DNA of 64,000 nucleotides from Candidatus Omnitrophota bacterium (GTDB lineage: Bacteria > Omnitrophota > Gorgyraeia > S143-82): positions 180,477 to 244,476 of the forward strand of contig WGBD01000001.1 of assembly GCA_015494465.1 (NCBI GenBank), read 5' to 3'. The notes under the pieces were generated by a model. It saw only the letters and a list, made by a program, of their open reading frames with translations, did no database searches and had not been told where the DNA came from. This document shows positions 8,234-20,200 of the stretch, one piece after another (positions within the stretch are counted from its first letter, which is position 1; the number at the start of each line of letters is the position of its first letter). The position numbers and the translations under genes are program-made.

Positions 8234-11200
8234 TTAGACCGCAGTCTCAAATGCCCGGCGAACCTCCACCGGCGGGGCCTTATGCCACAGACGGAACCAC
8301 AACCCACGCCACCTCTGATTTATCACTATCAGGCCATCGCGCAGGCGCCTCCACAGCCTGTACACCCCGTACATAAACGGATTCCTCTCCCATATCTCTC
8401 TGGTAAGCCACCAACGCCACTCCTCTGCCATCTCGAACAAACTTATCCCGAACATACTCAAGGACTTTACCTCCTCCGGCCACTTCCGGGAGGCGATGTC
8501 CATCAACTCCTTTATCCGGTACACCTCCATACCCGGTATTATCTTGGCCACCACCCGGCCCACATAGTAGGAGATGCTCTTGCGGTAGACCTGAGATATT
8601 AGACTGCTCATGTAATCGAACATGGAGAAGAACAACTCCTCTTTGCTGGCAGTCGGCCTCAACTGCCTCTCTATCCCGAAGTGCAGGCCTGCCCTCAGCA
8701 TTATCCTGCTCGCCCGGCCGTTCTCCAACAGGACCGGGTGTATATAGAGGATGCCCTTATCCGCATCCATTAGCATAGGCCTCTCCGCCATCCGTATCTC
8801 CCTGTAGCGCAACAGGGCGGTCAGTATCTCATCCTCGCTATAACCCTCTCTCACCAACGCGTCCACGACATCCTTCAATGCCCTCCTCATGTGGAGGCTA
8901 TCCCTCACCCCTTCTATCCTGATGGAGTCTATCGCATCGGTGATCCTTGCCCTTGGAGAGAACAGGCCCAGTAGTTCTTCTTTGAAGGAGGACTCGTCCT
9001 CCCTCATTGCAGAGGCATCCAGGACCAACACCCCGTTATCCAGAAGTTGCACCGCCTTTGCCCCCTCCGGCCTGTCCTCTACCCAGATCAGAACGTAATC
9101 CGCTCTCACCCCCGCCTGCCTGAGCCAGAACCTCACCTTCGCCTCCATATGGGCCATCTCCATCCTGCGCAAGAGCCCAGCCTTGCGCACATCCACCAAG
9201 ACCTTCGCACCCGGCCGGACCTCCCTCACCGAGACCTCAAACCTTAAGCCCGCATCCTTACGCTTCAGGGGTGCCACATCTATACCCATTCTCGTTCCGC
9301 GGAACCAGTTCCTCACCCTTGCCTTCAACCTCATCCACACACCCGCATCCGACGGCCCGGGCACCTGCCTAACCCGGCCCCTGCTCCTCACCCCCTGCAG
9401 GGCCAGGCGCACGGGCACGATCACATAGGTAAGTCCAATCCAAACGGTGTATACCGCCATCAAGGGTATCGCCATAATCACCGCCAACGGACCCCTATCA
9501 AACAGGGCCCAGAACCGGGAGGGCCTCAAGCCCGGCATACCGTACTTCTGCTCGAGTTCGTCCTCAACCTTGACCAAGGCATTCAGGACATCGCGTATCT
9601 CCTTCTCGCTTATCTCCACTTCATCCAGATCCGGGACCTCATCCTTGTAGGCCTCCAGTTTGCCATATAAGGTCATTTCCAAATTATGCAAGGGGACTTT
9701 CCGCTTTTTTTCTTTGTTGAGTATATACTTCTCATTTACAAACGCCCAGTACACACCCGCAATCTTGGGGTTCCTCTCCAAGATACCCGCAACCCTGTCT
9801 ATAATCTCGTCCTTCACCGACTCTATCATCCCGTTCTTGGCATACAGGGTAACATAAGCAATCAGTATCTCGGAGATGGTGGTGGAAAGTGCCCGGGCCC
9901 TGTCCTCCCACTTCTCCTGTGCCTTCTTCGTCTCTTTCTTCTCTTCTTTGCCTTTCTCGTTTACCGACGAACCACCTGCACCCGCTTCACCTTTGACCTT
10001 CTCTTTCTTTTCCTCTTCTTTCTTCCCTTTTTCTTCCTCTAAGTCCGGTAACTTCGGCCACCTCGCCAACATCGCAAACAACGGTCCGGCGGAGATCCTG
10101 CGGTAGATCGCATAGGGATTCACCGGGGCCTTCTTCCCGACCTCGTAGTTGTACAGTTTGTAAGGATCGAGGAGGAAGACCCTGCGCATAGTATCTCCCA
10201 GCATCAGGCGGGTAATCACTCCTTCAACCGCATCCGCAACGCCGTACCAGTAGATACGGCCAAGTTGCTTTATCCTAAACAACATTCTGTATCGACTCTC
10301 GCCATTCGCCATCAACACTCCGGCCACCCATCCCAGACCTGCCCCCAGTATGGCAAACGGCCAGAGAGAAAGGACTCCCAAAACCCCCGAACCCACGATG
10401 GCAGATCCAATCAACGACTTTATTCCCATAACCACACCGGGGAGCAATACCGCCCCTGCCACCGCCCCGGCAATCGCAACGACCCTGCCCCCCTTGCCCA
10501 GCAACTCCCACAGGTTCTTCGTCGGCCGTTTATCCGCCGGATTCATAAGGGCAGGACCAAGTGCACCCGCTATCGGCATAAAGAAGGTCACACCCCAGAG
10601 CACCATCTTGAGCGGAGATGCCCCTGCGAACAGGAAGGTCAACAGGGATATCAGGGCGTACTGCTTTATCGTGCGGTAGGCTATGCCGTATATCCGCTTC
10701 TCCGGTGCGTAGGCAAGTTGGGCACCCTTTCCGGGCGTAGTGATAAACCGGGCGTACATCTTCATACCCACCTGCCCCACGCTCTCCTCGTACATAAACA
10801 GCCAGTGCACATAGGCCCAGTACAGGCGGGCGGGTATCTCCTTGAGCATGTCTTTTATGCCCCTTTTCCAGCCCTTTCCGAGGATACGGACATGGTAGAG
10901 GAGGAGGTTGATGTTTATCGCCTGAGAGAGGAGCAGTCCCGATATCCACAGGGCAAGCGGAGTAGCGGTAAACGGATTCCAGTCCAGTATCAGGAAGGCC
11001 AGAAGCGCCCAGCGGATGTACCGGGTGATAAGGACCTTCTTGGTGTAGAAGCCAAGACCGTCCAGCCAGTAATTGTTCAGTATGTAGGCCCAGGAACTGG
11101 ACGGTGCGAGCATCATGTTGATGCTGTATCTGCTATAGGCACTCTCCGGGGCATCCTGCGACCACTTATAGACCGGAGTTGCCGCGTCCACATACTGATA

Positions 11201-14200
11201 GGGCCAGGCCTTCTCTATAATCATAGACGGATTCTGACTCACATAATAACCCACCGGATACCTGTCTCCTCCGGTGAAGGACTGGAAGGCAATCACCGTC
11301 ATAAGGTCTTCTGCCACATAAGAGGTCGTGGCGCCTTCGGACCAGCGCATAGGGGTGGTACGGATGAAGAACTTACCGTAGGCACCCATACCGCCTATCT
11401 CGTACTTGCCGATGTGGGAGGCATAGAAACCTTCTTCACCAACCGGCAGAACCTTACCGATGATGCCAAATCCTTTGCTCATATGGTGGCGTATCTTGGG
11501 TATCGTCGCGGAGGCGTAGGAGTCAAAGCGATAGTTCATCAACTCCCCAACCTCTGCGAACTGGTTCTCCGGCCTGAAGGCGTGGTCCGCATCCACTGCC
11601 AAGATGGCCCGGGAGGTACTAAGCGGGACCACCGCTGCGAACTGATTCCACTTGGCCCCGTGGAACTGTTCGTTACTGCTCATAATGAAGGGCATAGAAT
11701 CGGTGGCAATCACCTCGTAGAGGAACCGCTTAAGGCCATGCGTCGCTATACCTCCATTTTCACCAATCACCTTACCGGGCACCCTGGCATCCTCTATGGC
11801 CCCCTGCCCCTTCTCCCAGAGATCCCGCACCCTCTCCGAGGTCTCCATCGCGCCGTAGAAAAACCTCTTGTAGGTATCTACATCCTTTTCTAAGTCGAAA
11901 ATCTCCTCATTCTGAGCCACATTCATGTGCGGCTGGAGCAGACGGGACACCACCCGTATGCGGGAGGAAAGGTACAGGTCTCGCACTTCCCTCTCACTGA
12001 GTTTAGGTAGATCCTCTTTCAACCTCTCCGAGGCCCAGTCGTAAAGGAGCTTCCCTTCTTCGTCAGGGGTATACCCCTTCTTGAAGGCATAGGATATGAC
12101 GGTTTCGGGCAGTACCGCCTTGTAGTTGACCATCTCCTCCAGTCTATCCCTCACCGACTCCTTGTTGAGTATCAGGGTAGCGGTGTAGACCCGATTCAAT
12201 GCCCACCGGGCGGTGGAGGTGGTGTTCACCGCTGCCTGAAGCCTGCGGTTGGCCCATACGGTCAACAGGTTCAACGCCTTCTCCACCCCCTCGGTCTTTG
12301 CCTTTTCTCCGAATAGTTTTTCAAGCCAGGTGTGCACATCGGGAATGTCTTCAGGCCTGTCCGCATAGGCAAGGAGATCGTCCAACATCTTCTCCAAATA
12401 AGTCCACTCCGGACCTTTCTCCCTCATAGAGCGGGCATAGTCCTTCAGGGCAACAAACTCCTCCCGCTTCTCCGGCACGGACAGGAGCAGGCCAATGCGA
12501 GAGACCATATGGTCCTCATTCTCATTCTTTGCGAATAGTTCGTTTACGGTGAAGAAGGGCAGTTCACTATATCCGTTGTGCACGATTATCTGATTGTCAA
12601 ACTCGCTTGCGCTTCTATAAAGCGTCAACCCGCCCCTGCGCAGGAGTTGATTGGCAAAGTCCCTGAATCTGGACTTGATGGCCCCGTTCTTCAACAGAGC
12701 ATCCAGCAGGCGCTCCAGTTCCGCCCGGTCTACCGCACCAAACCTGTCCACATCTATCTCACCGTCTTCTCCTCGAGTTATCCCCATGGCCCTCTCCAGT
12801 TGCCTCACTACCTCCGGCGAGATGAGCATCTCTCCCTCTTCCGTCGAGCTCATCGCCTCCAGCACCAAGGCGAACTTGACGCGATTCTCCTCTCCCAAGG
12901 TAAGCCTCGTATTCACATACCCGACCCTCTCGTCGGTCAAGAGGTCTACGAGAGCCCTGCGAATCTCCTTGGGATTATCGCCCACCGCGTAGAGGGCCAT
13001 CTCGTTCATCGTCCTGAGGCCCAGAGACCCCATGGTCAGATAACTCTGGCTAAACGGCGTGAGCACCACCATGGTAAAGAAGGCAAGGACATAGGCACCC
13101 ACCGCCAGGGCGTACCTGACTGGATCCGGGATTTCTATCACCGTAGAGGGGATTACAGGAGCGTGGAAGGTGTGCAAGACCACCGCCCCCGCCAGTGCCA
13201 ACAGGGCAAGACCCAAGATGGTCTGGGCCAAGATGAGAGACCTACCGGTCAACCTCCGTTTGACCTGCGTATCGTAAAGCGCAACTGAAACCACCGCTAT
13301 CGCACCTGCCAGAGGCAGACCGACCAGAGACCGCAGGTCCACACCCGCAGGCACACCCACATTTACCACATCCCAGTCGAAGTAAGAGCCTATCAAGAGG
13401 GCCAGTCCCAGAGAGGAGAGCATTATCGCCAGATGGGCGATCCGCCTCATCCTCTCCTTATAGGTAAGGTTGTTTACTGCCCCTTGAGAGAATATCCTGC
13501 CCATGTTCTTCCAGACGAAGCCCAACTCCTTGAACTTGTACTCCCAGATGTTGAACCTCCTGCCGGTAAGGATTACATCCCCCGCGTCTATCAGGGCCTT
13601 GTAGAAGCGGAACATCGCACGGTCCAGTTCCGCAGGGGAGACCTCCTTGCCCTCGGCTATGGCCACGAGGGTGTCCTGCAGGGCCTTAGCGGACTCCCGC
13701 ACCTGCGCGCTATTGCCCTTATAGAGGCCACGGTTGACCTGATTCAGGTACCTGAACACGATGTTCAGGACCTCCTCGGTCATCACCCTGCCCTTGCCCC
13801 TTATAAGCGTGGCTGCGTCCCTCTGGGTCTCGTGGGCAGAGATGTTGCTGGCCATTACCTTAATCAAGACCGAGCGGAGATTGCTTATCTGAGGAATCAG
13901 AGCGTTAACCGCAGAGACGATGTCCTCATCGTATATCCTCTTGGAGACGATGTTCTCCCACAGCCACTCCTCAAACCTGCCCTGAGAGGTGAGGGAGTAT
14001 ATCCCCCGAGAGATAAGGGCATTCATACCCAGCCAGTACCTCACCCCGTGCAGGGCACCGTAGGAGAACCGGCCGTACTCAAAGTCCACCGGATAGGGAT
14101 TCATGTCGTCGGTGTAGTCGAAGATGAAGAGGTCCTCTTTGGCCAGTTCTTCTTCGCCGGGGAAGTCCACGACCTCCACCTTAAGCCGTGGCCTTCCGTT

Positions 14201-17200
14201 AATCTCGGTAAGGCCGTCGAGGAAGCGGTTGAACATAGAGGCCCGCATGTTCACATAGTACTGATTGAGATACGGATCCTTCTTCCAGCCCTCTGCGGAG
14301 AAGAACTCGTCCATCCGATCTGCCAACTCTTGCTTATAGGCATCCGAGGCGAGGATGTATCCAAGGGCGATGGACAACAACCTCCTCCTGCCCACCTCCT
14401 CGTCCATACCCAAGGCCTGCAGGCGCTTGGCAGAATCGCGCAGGTCCTCTTCCATCTTCCTGCGCTCCTCATCGCTTAAACGGCCTGCAAACCTCTTCAG
14501 GAAGCCACCAAGATTCTCCCTGCCCGAGGAGATCCAATCAATAATCCCGTCTAGATCGGAAACTCCTCTAAAGGAATCCCAGGCCACCGCAGGGAGAGAG
14601 AAGTTGCCTATCCGGACCAACTCCCGTGAGGCCCTCATCAAGGCCTTCTTTGCCTTGGGATACTTACTCAGATCCGCACCGGAGAGGGAGGCAAGTATGA
14701 GCGCAAGGGTAAGGGCCTGCAGATCCTCCCTGCCTTCCAGTTTATCCCTCAACTCCTGCCAGGAGACATCCTCACCCAATCCCAGTCTATTGCGCACCTC
14801 ATTGACGAAGCCTCCGCCTCTCAGGAAAGCGACCTTCTCGTCATCGCGGTCCACCTGATAGCGGGTCTTGAACATTGCCTCCACGAACTCCAGAGAATTG
14901 CGGAAGCCAAGCGCCCTCTGTCTGGCCATCATAACCAATGCGGTCTCTTCCTTGCTCAATCCCAGTTCCTGAACCTGGCGCCAGGTCATAGAGTTGAGGT
15001 TGAGTCGGAACTGGGAATACATCTTACGCAATTGCTTCCTGCTCAGCCAGTAGACCACCGGCACCCCGAACACCGCCACCAGCATAGGCAGGACGAACAG
15101 GAGCCCGCCTATCCAGAGGTACCAGAAGGCAAAGAGACCAACAGCAGTCGGCAATATCACCCTATAGGCCTCAGAAGGAGAGAGCTGTTTGGTCAACAGC
15201 CCTACAATCGCCCCCAGCCAGTTGCGGTTCCCCTGCCAATCCCGGGCAGTGCCTTCTTTCGGTTTTGCCTTTATCGGTTTTTCCAGATCCGGAGTCCTGT
15301 ACTCATCTTTATGCCTTATTACCTGTTCCACCGCGGAGGCAAAGTAAGGAGAAAGCTCCTCAGCCAGATGGGAAACCGCCTCGGTATCCGCAACCAATTC
15401 ACCTTCCTTGAGCACCTTTTCGAGGATTCCCTCGGGTGTCCCTACGGGGAAGATGCCGAACAGGATCTTACCGAGGAAGGAGTTGCGGAAGTAATCCCAG
15501 AGGTGAACGAAGGTTGGCACTCCCTCTGCGGTGCTCATGTCTCGAGTGAGCTGGGTAGTAGAGTAGATGAGCACCCCGTTCCTGAGCAAGATGTATTTCC
15601 GGCCGAGATCCTTGGTGCTCTTCTGGTACTTGTGGGTAGGGATAACCTCTATCGCGGTGTAGTCGTTGCCCTCTTCGTCCTGCCAGACATACCTCTTGAC
15701 ATGGAACTGCTCAAACCACTTACCTCTATTCGCATCGTACAGGTATTCCGCCAAGGCGTTCCCGTTCTTGTCCACGAAGGAGACATAATAGAGATCCCTA
15801 TCACCGTAGTACCTGCGGATGTAGATCCTGGTCCCCATGGGCAGATGGGTATCACCCGGATTGCGAACTTCCAGGATAAAGGTCTCGGCAAACTCGGCCC
15901 GGTTCTTCTCAAACCCTATTAGGACGAAGGAGACATTACCGATCTTGACCAACCTCCTGGCACCACCCTGAGCAACCCTGTGGAGGATTTCTGCCTTATC
16001 GCCTAGGATCTGTCGCACCTGCTCTACTTCGGATGTGATCTGACCTATCCTGTAAAGCGATCCCTGTAGGATACGGCGGGGTACGATCTTGCCGTTTTCC
16101 CTATCCACTTCCACGGACAACTTGCCAACAGGATTGCTCAAACCGATGTCGTAAGTGCCCATCAACAGGACATCTACCCAGCGACGAGGCTTATACACCT
16201 TCCAGTTACCGTTGACCTCTCGTTCAGCAACAAGATCTCTAACCACCACATTCACCATCTTAGCCAATACTTGTCTTGCCCCTTCTCCCTGTAGATGCCC
16301 CAGATCGACCTGTTTCAGGAAGAAGTGCAAGGCCTTATCGTCCAGAAGGTCCAGATACGCCCTTTCGTTCATCTCGGTCCAGACCTTATAGATCTTGTGA
16401 TTGACGAGATCGATCTCGTAGCCCATCACCGGGAACTTGTCCAACCACTTTCCGTAAAGGGTTATCGACAGGATCTCGCCCTTTTCGTTAATCTCCAACC
16501 TGCCTACCTCTCTCGCTGCCGGATCGCCTGCCTTCACGAGAGATACGATTACCTTGCCGTTAGAGACCACCCTCGTCCGACCCAAGCTAAGATCCGTACC
16601 TCGCAACCTGGCGAACAGCTCTAACATCTCTTTGGAGACCGTAGGATCTATCCCCCGTATATTCTGGAGTATGTGCTTTATAAGTGAATCCCCACTCATC
16701 TCTCCAAAGGACTCCAATTCCGCAATAGTGCTCTCTTTCCCGGGACCTCTCAGTACCCACTTTCCTTTACAAATAGTACCTCCTATCGGAGGCTGAACTG
16801 CCACACCGGTAGCCGGAATCGGGAAGGCCTTTTCTTTACGACTCTCCGACATGATCTTCATCAACTGACCAAACGGATTGTTGGAGGCACGATAGTCCTG
16901 GATTACCATGCTCTTGTCAAAGTAGATCACCTGAGCAGTCACGAAGACATCGCCGTCTTTTTTGGAGACATCCGCCTGCACGATCTTACCTACATTGATC
17001 CAGTTCCCCTCCGTCAGCTGATACCTCTCCATAACCACCGGCTCGCTCAACAGGAACTGGCGAGGCAGGAGCATCACCGGCGGAACGAGTCCTTTCTCAT
17101 CCACCACGAACTCCACCAACTCCTGTCCCAAGGCATTATCCTCGGGCACATAAACCTTTATGTGATCCATACCAGAAATAGGATTGCGCCTGATGGTGAA

Positions 17201-20200
17201 CGCCAGATAGGCGTTTGGCAGGACTTTTCTCTCTTGCAGGAGATCCCTCAGTTTCGCCTTCACATTTTCCGGCAGACCTTTAATTTCATCCAGACCTTTG
17301 GCCTGCACCTCTATGTATTCCTCACCTTGAGCGTAGACGAAGTAGTGTTTGCCCTTTTCCTTCAAAAGAATCCCACTCCTCCAGGCGCGGACATCCTTTT
17401 TCAGGGAAGAGGTAATCTTGCTTATCAATTCAGGAGACAACCTCTCTTTCAACTCATCCCAATCCCCCTCTATCACTGCATAGGCAACCTTTGTCTTCCT
17501 GTCCACCACCCTCTTTATCGTGTAGACCTTACCGGCAATGGTGACCTCCCCGGTTACCTCTTCGTTCTGACCTCTGATGTCCGCAAGTTCCCCGAGCGGG
17601 GTCCTTTCCAGTATCACCTGTCTTTCAGGGGTCAGCCCGCCTTTCTCGGGATAGACCTTCCGGATCCACCATTCCTGATCGTACTTCTTATCCACGAGTT
17701 TCACCCTCACCGGAACGCCCGCAGGACCGACCTTCTCTTCTCTCGTCTTGACTCCAGTACGGGTCTTGCCATCCTTGGTCCGATATCTTACATATTTCTC
17801 AAATCTGACCCACACCTCTTTCTTCTTTGCATCGTATCTCGACCGGGCCCGCTCCAAGATCTCCTGCCGAGCACCGTCCCACTTGCCAGAGAGCATCCTC
17901 GGAAGGAGATCCCTGATGTCCTTGGGTAAGTAATCCACCAGTATGGCTTCTCTCATCCGGACCCTGTTGCCCGCAATCTTGCCCTCGTATATAACCCTAG
18001 TCCAGACCAGACCGTAAGAGGTACTGCCCTTTTCGTCCACATAGCGGGTAGGTACCGCCCTCGCGATGAGGTCGCCGTAGGCATCAGATATCTGGTAGGA
18101 TTTGCCCTCGCGATAAGACCAGACCTCTGCAACCTTCCAAACTTTACCGTCTATCTTCACCCACTTCTCCTCTATTCTCTTCAGCAACTCTCCGTGTTTA
18201 TCCTTCACCTCCCGGACTACTGTACCGTCTTCGCGGATCTCCTTTACCTGCTCAACTGTGTTGGCGTTCATCTTCAAGACCGGATCGGCGCTCAACTCCT
18301 TCCTGTCCCAGACCCAGGTCTCTTCATACCAGGCGGTATCCTCTCCTTTGACTTTCCCAACGGCCATACCGCCCTTTTCTATGTGGATGTCGTATATCTC
18401 CTTTGCCACCTTGCCATCCGGCCTGTAGAATATGACCCGCTTGGGCAGATCGGAGAGACCGCCGTACAGGGTCTTAATCACACCACCATTGGCGAGCTTG
18501 CGCTCTATGTCCCTGCCGAAGATGTCCAACTTCACCGTCTCTCTGGCTATCTCGCTCCTATCCGGGGTAAACTTAATCACCTTAAAGGACGCGTTACCGT
18601 CCTTATCTACCAAGGCCCTCTCCCACAACTCCGCAAGGTAGAGCCTGGAATCGCGTCCTTTATAGACCGCAGACCTCTTTAGCCTGCCCTGCCGGTCAAA
18701 CTCGTTCTCTATTATCTGGTGATTCTCAGCAAACCTGTCGCCCCGTTTCTCCACCATAACCGGCTGGAGGAACCAACCGTAAAAGACCTTCTTCTTCTCT
18801 CCGGTCCTCAGGTCAAGGACCTCGTGGATCTCGGTTATCTCGGAGAGATCCACTACCTCTTTATTGGGATCCCTCAATATCTGATGTATCCTGATGTGAT
18901 AAAGGTGTCTGGCCTTGCCGGTATAAATCAGTCTGCGTATCTCATCCCAAGACCTGCCCCTCACATCCCGGGAGAACTCGTATACCTCCGCCGAATCCTT
19001 GACGAGGAAGTCGCGTTCGTCCGAATACTTCTTCCAGTTGTATATGGTAACCTTTCCGTTGGCGCTTATCTGGGCCAGCAGGTGCCCATCCTTTATAACC
19101 AGTTTCTCCACCAATCCGGTATCCGGATTGACCCAATCCACCTCCACCGGCTTGTCTCCGCTGGGGAAGTGGACGGTTATGACCTCTTTCTCACCGTCGC
19201 CGTCCAGATCTATGGGTATGTTCACGAAGTCCTTTCTAAAGGCCTTTATCCTTTCCACATCAGGGAGGTGATTTATCTTGTTAAAGATTGCCCTCACCTC
19301 TTTCTCGTCGACTACTACCTCTTTGACCTCACCGTTCTCTTTGCCCACAGATATGGCTATCTTGCCCTGCTTCAGGGCACCTTCCACCTTGCGGGCAAAT
19401 TCACCCTGCAGTTTGAGGCGCTTGACCTGCTTGGCCACCTCGTCCGTGGAGACGATAATCGTAAACCTCTTCACGCTCCCATCCTTATAGGGGAGGTAAA
19501 ACTTGGAGAAGTACATATCCACATCAAAGACCTCTTTGAGCCGGGAGACATCTACGCCCTCCTCCTCAAGGGTCCTTATCGCCTCTATCCCCTGCAGGAG
19601 GATCTTCCTGTCCGGGCCTTTAGCCCCTTTCAGGGCCTCCTTCATCTCCTGCACCCTGAAGTGGTACCGCTTGTACACATCCCAGAATCTGACTATCTGG
19701 GCAGCGCTGGTCTGGAGCCTCCTCGCGGTCCTCTGGGCGTCCTTTCCGGGCCGGATGTCAACGATCTCTTTGGTGTGTCCTTTCTCATCCAACTCCTCTA
19801 TAATCACACCGCCCTGCCTCTGATTTACCACCCGGAAGTACTTGAGCATGTTCTGATACTTCTGGCGGGATATCTCGAGGGACTTCCTCACCCCCTTGGA
19901 GGTGAACATCGCCATACCTTTGACCTCTATCTCCGCATCGGGCTGGCCCAATCTTCCTTTCTTCACCTCCACATAGGCGTACACCGGAACGGACGAGCCC
20001 TTGTTTTCCCCGCTCATCTTACCGGAAGGACTCATGTATCCCAATAAGACCCATCCACCCTTGGCGGGATCAAACTCTGCCAGCCTGGACTCAAACTCCT
20101 CAAGGCTCATCTTCTCTTTCACATCCCGGCCTTTGACTAAAAGGACATCCGTATCCTCGTACCCTTTTTTCTGGTTAGTAAGTATCTCTACGAGGTCTTT

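Noticed and set aside
8245-8280. GC-rich imperfect inverted repeat (gcccggcg...ccggcgggg) that looked like a terminator
   Set aside because: It lies inside the last codons of the giant ORF, the stem is only ~4 bp with mismatches, and no T-tract follows on the coding strand.
8280-8483. 67-aa minus-strand ORF in an alternative frame at the 3' end of the giant gene
   Set aside because: It is entirely nested in the giant ORF in a different frame, has no independent signals, and has low-complexity content.
10265-11893. 542-aa plus-strand ORF (and many others, e.g. 18719..20047, 20252..21754, 13433..14479, 28589..29182) antisense to the giant gene
   Set aside because: These are shadow ORFs expected opposite a long GC-biased coding region. 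Their translations are His/Pro/Arg/Leu-rich low complexity with no motifs. They lack RBS context and would all overlap the single continuous minus-strand frame.
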